Origin: Octopus sinensis
Lineage: Eukaryota
Reading direction: 5' to 3'
DNA: 64,000 bases
NCBI RefSeq assembly: GCF_006345805.1
Contig: NW_021835981.1
Span: 4,739-68,738 of the forward strand
The notes under the pieces were generated by a model, which was given only the letters and a program-made list of their open reading frames with translations, was not told the origin of the DNA and made no database searches. The position numbers and the translations under genes were made by a program. Of the stretch, positions 1 to 13,563 are shown in pieces; the first letter of the stretch is position 1, and every line of letters begins with the position of its first letter.

Positions 1-262
1 CTGTATCTGTGTACTTGTGTATGCAAGCGTTCGTATACTTCTATGCATGTGATGGGCGTTGATTTAGTTTTTGCATGTGTGCGTATGCGTTTCTTTGTTG
101 AAATATATGTGTGTTCTTGTGAGTGTACGTGCGTGCGTGAGCGACTGTTTGAAAGTTGTGTGTCCTCGAATTCGTATGTTGGTATGTATGTGTGCTTGTG
201 TGCGTCCGAGCGTGTGTGTGCGTGCGTATATATATATATATGTGTGTGTGTGTGTGCGTGCG

Positions 263-313
<51 letters not shown>

Positions 314-900
314 GGTGTTTATGTATTTATTGTTTCCATATGTATCTCTTTGTATGCATGTGTGTTTGTGTGTTGTGTATGTACGTGTGTATGTGAAAGA
401 CTATGTGTTTATATCGTTCTCTATGAATATGTGTTGGTGCATACGATGTTTATATTTGTTAGCGTAAACATATAAACATCATTCTAGATATTTCTTTGCT
501 GTTAACGTAAGCTTACGCATGTTTCTATGTACGTTTATGTGTGCATGCATGGTTGCATATGTATGTGTGCATGCGTGGCTGCATATGCATGTATGCCTGT
601 ATATGCGAGTGTGTGTATGTGTGGTATGCATTTCCTCGTGTGTACGTGTGCAGGATTTGTGATGCCGTGTATGTATTCCTGTATTCGTGATTGTCAGGCA
701 TGCGATGCCTAAGTAAGAGTGCGTGTATGCGCGCGCATAGGAATAAGTATGTGTATTGTTTATTCGTGTATGCATGTGCGTGTGTGCGTGCGTGGTTTGT
801 GTGTGTTTGTGTGTATTTGTGTGTGTGTCTATGTGTGTGTGTCTATGTGTGTGTGTCTATGTGTGTTTGTGTGTGTGTGTGCTTGTGTGTGTGTGATTAT
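1..900. repeat. Degenerate (GT)n/(TA)n low-complexity tract
   Basis: Direct inspection. Confidence 0.9.
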
Positions 901-1775
901 GATTGTATACTAATAAAAAGTTAACATAGTTTGGCGAAGCATTTGCCATCAAATTTCTTGGTTGGATAGCGGGTAGATTGTGTATGGTCTTGTAGCAGAG
1001 AGAGGATAAATGGGTGGGCAGAGAGAAATATGTGGATAGAAGGTGAAAGGCTGAACGGATGGGAAGGAAGTGGACAGTGAGGCTAAGTGAAAAAGGTAGG
1101 TTGTTGAGTGGATAGGTGGACAGAGAGTGAACGGATTGATGGGAGGATGTGTAAATGTATAGATTATGTTCATGGGTAGATACAAGATCGATAGAGGGTT
1201 GGCAAGCGAGCATATAGTGTGGACAGACAAAAGATAAATGTTAACTACATATATTTACTATCTGCAGACTAATTTAAAAGGTGGAGCTATACTTCAATAC
1301 TTTGAGTAACCGATGACAACCAATAGTGTCTATTTTTTTTACTAAGTGTGAAAAATGTGATAATTGATGAACAAATAAACATTCTCAAATGCAACTGGTT
1401 TAGAAAGATAAAAAATATAAAAAGAATGTGGAAAAAATGTAAAAATATGTTTAAAAAAATAATGTGTAAAGCACATTCTCAAATATAATTGATACAAAAA
1501 TGAAAATACACCTATGGATGGTTGCTTTGTTGCTTGGTTATTTTGTTGCTTTGTTACTTGGTTGCTTGGTTTTTTAGTTGCTTGGTTATTAGGTTGAAGA
1601 GATTCGGTACTCTACATGTTATGGGTGTTAATTATATTTTTTTTTATCTAGGATTTTTTAAAGGTTACTTTATTCTGCTCGAAATTACAAACCGACCTCT
1701 AACGCAAAGTTACGGCTTTTGTCTTTAACTTTTCATTATTAAATTTCTCTTAAAATGACTGTCATAAAGCTGGAG

Positions 1776-2010
1776 TAAGGCGGTGAACGGGCAGAATCAT
1801 TACTGCACTAGAAAAATTCCTTGGCACTATTTTTTCTAATCATGTTCTGATTCCATGTTCCGTCGACGTCAGCTTTGTGTTCCTTTTGGGGGCGATAAAG
1901 TAAGTATCATTCAAATACTGGAAGCTACATAACAGCCTTGCCTCTACTCTGAAAAAGTGACCCTGTATCAAAGTTGACCCAGTACCAGAGCTTGAAATCA
2001 TTATCAAGCT
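1776..2010 (+). mobile_element. Degenerate tRNA-derived SINE (GGCGGCGAGCTGGCAGAA-head family)
   Basis: aggcggtgaacgggcagaatc...gttctga...ttcc..cgtcga.gtcagctttg...gcgataaagtaagta aligns with the copy at 49059-49290. Confidence 0.65.
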
Positions 2011-2129
2011 GGTGTTTTGAACATAAATTAACATGAAATTTTTATGGAGATTTTCCCCTTTCCAATAGTTTAAACGGGGAAAATTGTATCATAGAACCGG
2101 GTATGGTTTCAGCGGGGCTAGTTTCGAAG

Positions 2130-2445
2130 GAGTTAAGCCGAGTCTGTTGGGTTTGTGGTTATATGAAATGATTGTTGTGAGCATGAGCAAGACACTTTAT
2201 TTCAAGTTGATACAGTTTGCTCAGTTTTAGAAATGAATCGCAATGTCCACTGGTGCAAAGCTGTATCGACCTCTTTGCCTTTCCCTTGGATAACATCAGT
2301 GACGTAAAGAAGGGAGACTGGTACACATGGGCGACTGTTGGTCTTCCATAAACAACCATGACCGGATTTGTACCTCGGATGGGAACTTTCTAGGTGCAAT
2401 CCTTTGGTCATTCATGATCGAAAAGGGCCTTTATCTTTACCCTAT
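2130..2445 (+). mobile_element. Degenerate SINE-like repeat
   Basis: CORE-like tgagcaagacacttt motif and a short-repeat tail (ctttatctttaccc). No second copy in the window. Confidence 0.4.
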
Positions 2446-2548
2446 CATGCGGTAAATTTTTGCAAGGGTTTGGCTATTTTGAGGGATGTGGAGAGTAGTT
2501 GCAGTTCTTCATACACAATCAGGTAGTCAACATCATCATCCTCTCCTT

Positions 2549-2990
2549 GGTGATGGTGATGATGATGATGGTGGTGGTGCTGGTGGTGCTGGTGCTGGTG
2601 GTGGTGCTGGTGGTGGTGGTGATGATGATGATAATGAGGATGATGGTGATGATGATGATGACGACGACGACGACGACGAAGATGATGATGATGATGATGA
2701 TGATGACGATGATGTTGATTATAACGATGGGGATGACGATGGAGATGGTGATGACAATGAGGATGATGACGATGATGATGATGATGACGATGGGGATGAT
2801 GAAGATGATGATGATGATGACGATGGGGATGATGACGATGATGATGATGACGATGATAATGAAAATGGTGATGATAATGATGATGATGACGACGATAAGG
2901 GGGAGGAGAAGGAGGAAGAAGTAGAAGAGGAGTAGAGGAAGGGGGAATAACAACAACAACAACAACAACAACAGCAACAACAACAACATC
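2549..2990. repeat. Compound (GAT/GAC/GGT)n and (AAC)n microsatellite
   Basis: Direct inspection. Confidence 0.95.
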
Positions 2991-3466
2991 TATATGACCA
3001 TAGAAGAGAAAATATACATGCAGGATCATAGAATTTGCAAGTCTCTATGATAGCAGAGTTGATACCAAAGACGTTGAAAAAAAAAAAAAGAAAAAGAAAT
3101 TTAGAATTATCAGGATGTCTCCAGAGAACTGAAAAGTCTGCGATAAAAGACTAAAACTAGGAATGTTGCTGTGGTAATTGGTGCCCATCCCCAAAATGCT
3201 ACCGAAGGTACAAGTCAAGAGATATCGGAATTGAGAGTCCGTTTGTCGACCTTCAGCCAAGTCCCATCCTATGTCTTTGCTGGAATCCCATGACGGATTA
3301 TTCGGATTTAAGAATCAAACCACAAGATAGCAATCCTAGGCCGATTTACGTTAGCCTCTACTATCTTGAGTACAATGCTAATTGTAATACTAATACTGAT
3401 GATGATGATGCTGATGATGATGATGACGACGACGACGATGATGAAATAATAATAATAATAATAATA

Positions 3467-3516
<50 letters not shown>

Positions 3517-3554
3517 TAATAATAGTGATAATAACAGTAATGATAATAATAATG

Positions 3555-3589
<35 letters not shown>

Positions 3590-3764
3590 CACAACGGCAA
3601 CAATGATAATAGCAACGATAACATCAATAATAATAATAATAACAACAACAATAATGATAATGATAATAATAATAATAATCCACAAAACCATACACAGTCA
3701 ATTAGGCAGTCGACATTATCATCCACTTCACTGTAATGATGACGCTGATGATGATGATGACGAC

Positions 3765-3814
<50 letters not shown>

Positions 3815-4424
3815 GTACTATAATAATAATAATAATAATCCACGGAACCATACATACACAATTAGGCAGACGACATTATCATCCATTTCATCGTAATGAT
3901 GATGAGGAGGAGGATGCTGATCTTCAGTTAGACACAACAACAGTACGGTAGCATTATGATTCATCTAAAGGCCCAGTTACAATTAGTGTTTACTACAAGG
4001 ACGACACCGATTGACCTCCCTTCCTTTCTTCCCTGTGTATTGATACGACGTTCCTTTCATATAATCGCTTCTTCTCAAAGATCTCTTTATACGTTTCCAA
4101 CAATAGCGCCTCCACGTATCGACTCTGTTTCTAACTGTTTCTTTCACCGGCAGCAGCGTTACCAGCCCGCGTCATCAGCACCGCTGCCCCCCCCCCCGAC
4201 TGAAGCTGATAAGGCGAACAATATACGACTCCCTCATCTATGATGAAATTTCTGGAACAACACTAGATTCTTGTCAACAATTCATACATACATACATACA
4301 TACACATACATATATATGCATACATATACATATATACACATACATATACATACATACACATATATATAAGTATATAGATATATATATTTACATATATACA
4401 TATATATATACACATGCATATACG

Positions 4425-4457
<33 letters not shown>

Positions 4458-4570
4458 TTGTTATATTTCGGAATGGTCATTTTGCCAGTTTAGCCAATAC
4501 AATCTTGCACAACAAATATTTAAACCAATATATATATATATATATCTATATATATATAATATATATATAA

Positions 4571-4647
<77 letters not shown>

Positions 4648-5385
4648 TATATATAATATAATATATATATATATTATATATATATATATATACATCCATA
4701 TATACATTACATGTATATATATATATATAAATATATACACATATATATATACATTACATGTATGTGGCTGTATGTAAATATATAGAGATAGGTATATATA
4801 GATATATGTATAGATACCTACACTATGTGTGTAGATACCTACACACATATATACACACATATATGGATACATATACATACGGGCATTATACACCTGAAGA
4901 TACTTCAATAAAGCAATTCATGTGGTAATTTATCGTCGTATCAGAAGCAGTGCTCCAGCGTGGTTAATAGAAACCAAAAAACGATAGAACTTAATGATAT
5001 CTGTCAGAACACAAATAATATTAAAAGTCAAGGGCAAGATCTTTGTACGTGTCCAATGAAATAGGCTAGAGGTAACAGCACATTTCCTTGCAAATACTTC
5101 ATTTTTCACTTCAGCTTTATTATCAAGACAATTAAGTAATCAATCGAAACCATTTGCCCTATTCCGCTTCTGTTTAATTGATTGGTAATAAAAATGAAGT
5201 GAAACATTTCCACTGCGTGTGCTTTATTGGTAGTGTGAGCCTTCTAAAATGTATCAATATTCGTTTCAGCACCCGATTTCACTTTAAGACTCTAGCCAAA
5301 GAAATACAAAACGAAATAACATTAGAATTCTTCAAAACCGAAGAAACTATTAAATTATATTTGTACCAGTTATCTCTAAAACGGT

Positions 5386-5553
5386 GGAAGGGGATGGTGA
5401 TCCCTGCTGTACTCTTTCACCACTCTTTCTTCTGTTGGCCTGCTCGCTTAGCCAGCGGGGTGGTGTCGTTCGAAGGCTAAAACAATGCGAACGCATTGTG
5501 ACCAGCGATGTCTAGCAACATCTGATGGTCTGGTCGGTCACGTGATCACGTGA
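5386..5553 (+). mobile_element. 5'-truncated SINE fragment
   Basis: Shares GGGGATGGTGATCCCTGCTGTACTCTTTCACCAC with the SINE at 38401-38789. Its tail (gcattgtgaccagcgatg...caacatctgat) is shared with 29360-29480 and 23845-23960(-). Confidence 0.7.
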
Positions 5554-5559
5554 TATATG

Positions 5560-5652
<93 letters not shown>

Positions 5653-5664
5653 TATTATCGTTTA

Positions 5665-6060
5665 TCTTTTACTTGTTTCAGTCATTTGACTGCGGCCATG
5701 CTGTGGCGCCGCCTTGTGGGATTTTAGTCGGAGAAATTGTTTCCAGGGCTTATTTTTTAGGCCTTATACTTATTTTTGGGACCTCTTTCGCCGAACTGCT
5801 AACTTACAGTGACGTAAAACACCAACACCGGTGGTCAGACAGTGGTGGGGGACAAACACAGAAACAAAGACACACATATATAGATATATATCATATATAT
5901 ATCAACGACAGGCTCCTTTCAGTTTTCATCTAGCAAATACACTCACATGACTTTGGTCAACGTAAGGCAATAGTAAAGACACCATCCCAAGGTGCCACGC
6001 AGTGGAACTGAACCCGGAATCATAGAGTTGGGAAGCAAGTTCTTTTACCACACAACCACA
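5665..6060 (-). mobile_element. tRNA-derived SINE (GGCGCAGGAGTGGCTGTGTGGTAAG family)
   Basis: Colinear with 53097-53512: B box, cttgggcaagtgtctt core, internal TA/CA microsatellite, gactgaaacaagtaaaaga tail. Confidence 0.85.
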
Positions 6061-6188
6061 CACACACATATATTTATGTAGGTGCTTATAAACTTCGTTT
6101 TTATAATTCGTTTGCAAGATTCTTACTATGAATTCGTGTGTTGAAACAAATGAAACATATTTTGTATTTTTGGAACGGTCATAAGGCC

Positions 6189-6247
<59 letters not shown>

Positions 6248-6331
6248 TAATAATAATAATAGCACGCGCACTGAAGATGACAAAAAAATTAACCTTGAGC
6301 GTATATCATTCTTCTTCTTTTTTTTCTTTTT

Positions 6332-6362
<31 letters not shown>

Positions 6363-6368
6363 TTATTA

Positions 6369-6420
<52 letters not shown>

Positions 6421-6460
6421 GTTGTTATTATTATTATTATTATTGTTGTTGTTGATGTTG

Positions 6461-6504
<44 letters not shown>

Positions 6505-6505
<1 letters not shown>

Positions 6506-9500
6506 TATGTTTGACTTTTGCTTTATATTTGTACAAGTTGGCTCCAAGTCTCACCCAGAGACCTCAAGAGACAACAGGGTTGGAAGTTCATGTTGTTGTT
6601 ATGCCTAGTGTGCCATATATTTGGAGGGTGGGGGTGTTGTACTAATGAATGTCTAAAATTTTTTTTTTTTTTTTTTTTAAACCGAAAATTATGTGTTGTT
6701 TTAAACCTTGAGATTACATAGAAAGTATTTTGCGTAGGAATGAGCAGATTCCCATGAGCACTATCTTTTGAATTTCTGCCATTTTGGGGTTTCCTGGTAT
6801 CTGAGTTAGGTAGCTATCTGCCCCTTTTGCTATCATTCCCAGGGCACCTATGACAACAGGTATTGTTTTAGTCTTCAGCTTCCACATTTTGCTGATTTCT
6901 ATTTCAAGATCTTTATATTTGCTCTTTTTGGTAGGTCTTGACAGATACGTTTATATCGATTGGGACAGTCATATCAATGAGGAGGCATGTTCTTTGTTTG
7001 AAGTCTTTCAATATAATGTCTGGCCTATTTGCATCTATCTTTCTGTCAGTTTGAATGGCGAAGTTCCAGAGGAGTGAGATGTGGTCATTTTCAAGCACTG
7101 GGGGTGGTTTGTGTTCCCACCAGTTTTTTTCATGGGGCAAATCCAGGTTTTTACAGATTACCCAGTGAATATATTGTGCAGCTCTATCGTGCCTGTTGAG
7201 ATACTCTGTAGGCGCTAGAAGACTGCACTTGGAGACCACATGGTCAATGGTTTCATTTTGTTGCTTGCATACACGACACGTTGGACTGCTTCTGATCTTA
7301 ATATGTTGGCCTGGTAGTTTCTTGTTGGTAGGCATTGATCTTGAGCTGCTATGATAAGCCCCTCTGTTTCAGATTTTAAGCCAGAGGCCATTAGCCATTG
7401 ATGGGTCAGGGCTTTGTCAACATCTGCATTATTCGCTCTCTTTGGGTATTTGCCATAGAGAGGTTTTTCTTGCCATTTATCATTCAGAATATCTAAGGCT
7501 GCAGATTAGCACGGGTTTTCATGCGCTTAGCTTTTTCTGTGCCTGTTTCTTGTATGTCTATCTCTAATTCCGAAATTTGTTGTATTCGGAATTCACTTAG
7601 GTATTCCTTTGCCTGTTTTGTTACTGAGTATGATGCTTTCTTGTTTTCATGTTTTGAGACAAGTTTTAACATCCAGTCCTCAGAGTTTTTCAGGTAGGTG
7701 TCTAGGCCAATTGTAGTAATCTTCATTGTTACTGCCAGTTGTAAAAGTCCACGGCCTTTTCTTGGCAGATAAAGTCGTTCTGTATCTGCCTTAGGGTGGT
7801 GCATTCTATGCATTGTCAACAGTTTTCGTATTTTTCTGTCAAGATTACATATTTCAGTAATTGACCAGTTAACGATACTGAAACTGTAAGTCACGACTGG
7901 TATGGCTAATGCATTGATCGCTTCGATCCTGTTTCTCGCATTCAGCTCTGTCTTGAGTATTGCTCTTACTCTGCGATAGCATTCTCTCCTGATCCTTTCC
8001 TTCATCTCTGAATGCCTTATTCCTTCTCCTTCAATTACCCCTAGATACTTGTAGTTCTCAGCTGGGTCTAATTCTTTTATGACATTCTGCTGGTCAAGGT
8101 TAACGTTAGATGTTTCTGTCATTTTTCCTTTGATAAAGGTAGCTTTTGCGCATTTATCGAGGCCAAATTGCATTCTGATGTCATCACTGAATTGTTTGAC
8201 AATCGCTAGTAAGCCCTTGATGTGTTGGTCATTTTTTGCAAAGAGCTTTAAATCATCCATGTAAATGAGATGATTTATATTTTTATCAAACATTTTATAT
8301 CCGTACTGCGCATCATTGAGCAGTTTTGAGAGAGGTATTAAGGCTAAACAGAAGAGGAGCGATGATAGTGAGTCACCTTGGAAAATGCCACATGAAATTT
8401 TTACATCACCAGCATTTAGAGATTCATTGTCACTGTTCAAAGTTAGTGTGGTTCTCCATGATCTCATACTTACAGACAAAAAGTTTCGCAGAGCAGGTGC
8501 TATCTTATACATTTCTAGGCATTTATAATCCAGTTATGTGGTAGGCTATCAAAAGCCTTTTTATAGTCTATCCAGGCTATTGATAAGTTTTTGTGTCGTT
8601 TGTGACAATCTTCTAAGATCATCTTATTGATGAGTAGTTGATCTTTACAACCGTAGGATCACGTTTACATCTTTCTGTTCATTAGGGAATATGCTGCTGT
8701 CTGTCAAAAAACCATAGGTATATTCCGTCAGGACAGATGTTAGTGTTTTATACATAGTTGTTAAGCAGGTTATGGGTCTATAGTTTTTGGGTTCATTTGT
8801 TTCTTCACTTTTTGGAAGCAGGAATGTTAATCCATTAACTAACCAGGAGGCATCCTACTAGGGTGTTGCAAAACATCATTGTAAAGTTCTGCTAGCAGTT
8901 CATGGCTCTCTGGGAAGGCATTCAACCAAAAGTAGGGGTTTTATCCTTCCTGGAGACTTCCATTTGCTTGACCTCCTGAGAGCAGATCTTATATCTTCTA
9001 CCTTGACACCCACCCACTTTTGCTCTTCTAAGGAGTCCAGTTCTTTAGATATTCTATCAATCCAGGGGGCCTTTTCGCTGTGTGTTTTTTCTTCTGCCCA
9101 AAGTTTATTCCAAAATCCCTGCACTTCTTCTTTTGATGGTACAGACTTTACAGTAACTGTTGTTTTTCCTATCTTCCTGTAAAAATGTTTGGGGTTATTT
9201 TTGAACATGTTGTTGTCCCTGTAGAATCTAATACGCTTTTCATACCTCGCTATGCGGGCAGCTTTAGCAGATACCTTTGCTGATGGTTTCTATGGTGGCA
9301 TCAATATCAAGTATAGTTTTCATATCATATTTTTCATTAGTTTTTGGGTTTTTGCAGGTTTGGTAGTCTTATGAACCTTCAAGTTTTTCAAATATTCAAT
9401 GTCAGATCTAAATAGTTTAATTTGTTGTTGCAAACGCTCTGCCAAGAAGGCTTTTGTGTGGAAATGTTGCCGTTTTCTAATCTTTTCACCATATAGGATC

Positions 9501-10600
9501 GTTGAGATTTTCGCGGATGCATAGTATAGGTGGTTGAGATCTGTGATATCAACATCATTAGCTGAAATTATATCCTTAAGTGCAAGCCGGATTTTACCAA
9601 TTATTTTCATGTTTTGGTTAGATTTGCGTATTTTAGGGAGTGTATCACGTTCATCCATACTGGTTTCTTTAATTTTCATCCATTCAATCATGATTTGACT
9701 TTTTAGCTCATGTAGTTCTGTCGGGTCAATATTTGTGTGACTTTCTTCATCTATTTGATGTTCATCTGTCTTAGTGTTTATATTTGGTTCAGGGAGTATT
9801 TCACTTTGCCTATCACTATACTAACTCTTTCAATCCTTACTTCGTTTGTATTAGCTCTGAGCTGGTCATAATTATTTCCTCTGTATTATCTTCTTTAGCT
9901 GCAGCTTCGTTCATTCTATCCGTTACTGCTTGTTTAATTTGATCAATCTCTATTCAGTCAGTAATTTTTTTTTATAATGTTTCTTCTGACGTTGGCAAGT
10001 TTGTTACTGTCTATGTAGGGTCTTACTTCAGGGTGTTTCTGTCTCCAGTTTATGTAGGTTTGTATAGTGTTCGATTTATCTGTGGGGAAATATATGGCAT
10101 GATAGAAGGCTGCAAGAACTTCTTTATTATCTTCCCTAGTCCATTTTTCCTTCTTTTTCTTTTGAGTGTTTGGTGACGAGCATGGATGGCCATCTGTTGG
10201 AATATTCCAGTTGCGGGAAGATTTGATCCAGTAGCTGATTTTTCAATCAGACTTTGGTTCAATTTTCGGGTACGTGGTCTTTTGTAATCCGCGCAATGAC
10301 CAATGCGGTTTATTGTTTGATTTGTTGACCTTGAAGCATGACGAGCTTCGACTCTTACATTAAGAGACTGATCTGTCAGTTTAGGATTTTTTGCACGTAA
10401 ACATTGTTCGTAGCGTAGTTTCCTAAGGCTAGCAGATCTGTATTCGTCTGTATTTTTTTTGTTGATAGTTTTATCTCCGGGCATAGTTTTCCCTTCTTTT
10501 TATTTATTTATTCATTTATTTCTTTAAACTTATGAAAGGTTCACTCTCGCTGTATTAGTTCGAAAAAATGAGAATAAAATACGAGAAAAAAAAATAATAA
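6505..10600 (-). mobile_element. Near full-length, frameshifted non-LTR retrotransposon of R4/Dong type (RT + CCHC + RLE)
   Basis: ORF pieces run 10484 to 6714: RT motifs QGDSLSS and YMDDLKL, CRVC...HVVSKC knuckle, RHD, PDII..D, IDMTVP, ending LRKILSM*. The 3' UTR runs into (TAA)n at ~6504. The 5' boundary is approximate. Confidence 0.93.
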
Positions 10601-10852
10601 ACAAATATAAAATAAGAATTATCATCATCACTGTCATCACTGTCATCATCATCATCATCATCAATGACATTGTTTTATGTGTAGTCACAGCGGTAGCTTA
10701 TTATTATTATTATTCTCATTAATGTTATTATTATTATTATCATTATTATTATTATTATTAGTGTAATGGCCCTCCCAAGTTCCAACAGTATAATGTCATA
10801 TGTATATCAATATATCAATATATATATATATTTACATATATATATATATATA

Positions 10853-10899
<47 letters not shown>

Positions 10900-10952
10900 T
10901 AGATAGATAGATAGATTGATATACACACACACGCACATATGTGTATATATAT

Positions 10953-11022
<70 letters not shown>

Positions 11023-11440
11023 AAAGAAAGAGAGAAAGATGGAATGAGATATATACATGCGTTATTAAATACATTATTGTTCCAGTTATAAGCAGTTTTT
11101 TTGTTATTATTAAGATCCCTGCTCTTCTTTTCTATCTCTAGTTCGATAGTTATAATATCATGAGAAAATGTCCAACATAAACATGTCCGTCTGGAGCTAC
11201 TAGAATTTCACGAGGAAACAATATGATTTCTTTTAGCAAAAAACTATTATAAAAAATGATATAAAACATGACATGGTTACACTCATATTTTTAACAATAA
11301 GGAGACACAAATACACATGCTCTGCCCTACACACAATACACACACACATATACATGTACATATACTGATAAATAAATACCTAAGCATATGTATATATTTA
11401 TGTATACGCATATACATAGAATATACATACGTTTATATAT

Positions 11441-11486
<46 letters not shown>

Positions 11487-12319
11487 ATATATATTATACA
11501 TCCCTATCTCTCTCTCTCCCTGTCTGTATTTATATATATATATTAAACAAACAATAATTTCCTGAGTAGTTGATGTGTTGCATGTGGTGCAGAGCAATAA
11601 CTCTTCATGTATGCATATATATACCCATTACCCATTTTTCAATCTTCGATAGAATTATTTACGTTGACGTATTCCTATGCAAAATGTTGGTACATACACT
11701 GCTGGCTCGAATTCTATAGAAGAGCCATAGCTTATCACTTAAAGAATGAGTAAACACACACAAACATTTATATATGTATATATATATATATATACATACA
11801 TACATATACATATATATATATTATAATATTAATATATATATATGTATATACTTAGTAAAAAATTTAGATTCAGATGAATATGGTACTTAAGATGAGGCAC
11901 CAGAATTTAGTATGGTATTATCCATAAAATTTCAAAATATGGTGATTAAAATCAAAATAAGCAACAAATATCCCTGTTGCTTATTTTGATATGTATATAT
12001 GTATGTATTTATGTATGTATGTATGTATGTATTTATGTATGTATGTATGTATGTATGTATGTATGTATGTATGTATGTATGTATGTATGTATTTTAAGAT
12101 TCACAAAGATCAGAACTTAACTGCAGCTCTTGATGGTCCAAATCGGTTATGCTATCTATGTTTGTGTCTTTTCAATGCATTATCTGATTTTAAAAGCTAC
12201 ATTAGGCGCCATGATGGATACAAGTTTTAGGTACAAGATGTGATCAAACGATATGACGCCGAGAACGTTGTGTTAAAATTTAGAAAATCCTGAAACATAT
12301 CTTAAAGTTATTAACTTAC

Positions 12320-12492
12320 CTCTTTAATAGAAAGTTCCATAGCTTTCCTGGACAGTGTTCCTGGTCCATCAAGGGTCATACCATTATCGAGGGGTCCCCA
12401 GCTGGCACTGTAGATGTCGATGTACTTGTGATTGAAGCCTAACGCTCTGGCTTCCAGAGAATCAGTTATTGGACCGTCAAGCATCCGAACAC
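12320..12492 (-). CDS. PCSK1-like: Convertase exon: (G)VRMLDGPITDSLEARALGFNHKYIDIYSASWGPLDNGMTLDGPGTLSRKAMELSIKE
   Basis: 173-nt exon. Acceptor ttcttccacag, donor gtaagt. Contains the IDIYSASWGP motif. The next exon (oxyanion-hole WASGNGG) was not found in 1-12319, so the gene probably continues past the left edge. Confidence 0.97.
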
Positions 12493-12656
12493 CTGTGGAA
12501 GAATTGACATGAGCATAAATGGACGTGCTTGCAAAAATATGTATATGCAAGTATGTATGTATCTATGTATGCATGCATGCATATATATATATATATGCAT
12601 GCATGCATATATATATGTGCATATATATATATATATATTCAGATATATATATATAT

Positions 12657-13381
12657 TTTCTTTGAAAAATTGCATTCGGTGGGATTAGTAATATTTTTGG
12701 TAGAAATGACTGATTGTCCCTCTTAGCGTATGGCGTGTATGTAGAATGCCTCCTGGCATGTCTGTATAATGCCCTCTATATATAAATTAATATGTTCAAT
12801 GAGAAATAATTGTTTTCGAAATTTTTTCTTTATGAGGTTTTTACGCTATCGACCTGACAATTTCTTGTTAAGTTTTCCTTATTAAGTAGTTGTCCTTAAT
12901 TGCTAAATTTTATTCCGAAAAACTTTTCCTCTCCCGAAATGCAATTCGTAAAAGTTGCCATTCATCCGGATAAGTATATATAAACCCACCCATGTGCTTC
13001 GTTGATGGTGATCAGTTAGCTGATCGGCTTAAGCGAAGCAGGGTCGTTGTTTATTTATAGTATATTCAGGCCTGCTGATGATTACGTAAGTATGAAATCA
13101 CTGTGATACAGGTCTATATATTTTAAATGTCTTTCTTTGAAAAATTGCATTCGGTGGGATTAGTAATATTTTTGTTAGTAGAAATGACTGATTGTCCCTC
13201 TTAGCGTATGGCGTGGATGTAGAATGCTCCTGGCATGTATGTATAATGCCCTCTATATATAATTAATATGTTCAATGAGAAATAATTGTTTTCGAAATTT
13301 TTTCTCTTATGAGGTTTTTACGCTATCTACCTGACAATTCTTGTTAAGTTTTCCTTATTAAGTAGTTGTCCTTAATTGCTA
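12657..13381 (+). mobile_element. Non-coding ~476-bp unit in partial tandem (about 1.5 copies) carrying a hammerhead ribozyme; retrozyme or non-autonomous Penelope-like element
   Basis: 12657-12905 is repeated at 13132-13381 (offset 475-476). Flanked by (TA)n on both sides. Hammerhead at 13068-13115. Confidence 0.85.
13068..13115 (+). ncRNA. Type I hammerhead ribozyme
   Basis: AGGCCUG-CUGAUGA-U UAC GUAA GUA U-GAAA-UCAC U GUGA-UA-CAGGUCU. Stem I is 7 bp, stem II has a GNRA loop, stem III is palindromic. Predicted cleavage after A13108 (AUA). Confidence 0.88.
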
Positions 13382-13440
13382 TATATATATATATATATAC
13401 ATAGATACATATATATATATATAATATATATATATATTAT

Positions 13441-13483
<43 letters not shown>

Positions 13484-13510
13484 CATACATATATATATAT
13501 ATATATATTA

Positions 13511-13559
<49 letters not shown>

Positions 13560-13563
<4 letters not shown>

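Noticed and set aside
2445-3029. His-, Asp- and Met-rich ORFs on both strands
   Set aside because: Translations of (GAT/CAT)n microsatellite; open in several frames with no splice or homology support.
10600-10800. HDV-like ribozyme at the 5' end of the R4/Dong LINE
   Set aside because: No nested double pseudoknot could be identified by eye.
1-12319. Next convertase exon (GRxGKG...WASGNGG)
   Set aside because: Not found on the minus strand; presumably beyond the window edge.
12975-13060. snRNA gene interpretation of the 476-bp repeat (TATA followed by GTGCTTCG)
   Set aside because: No match to U6 or other snRNAs beyond a few nt; the hammerhead and partial-tandem structure explain the repeat better.
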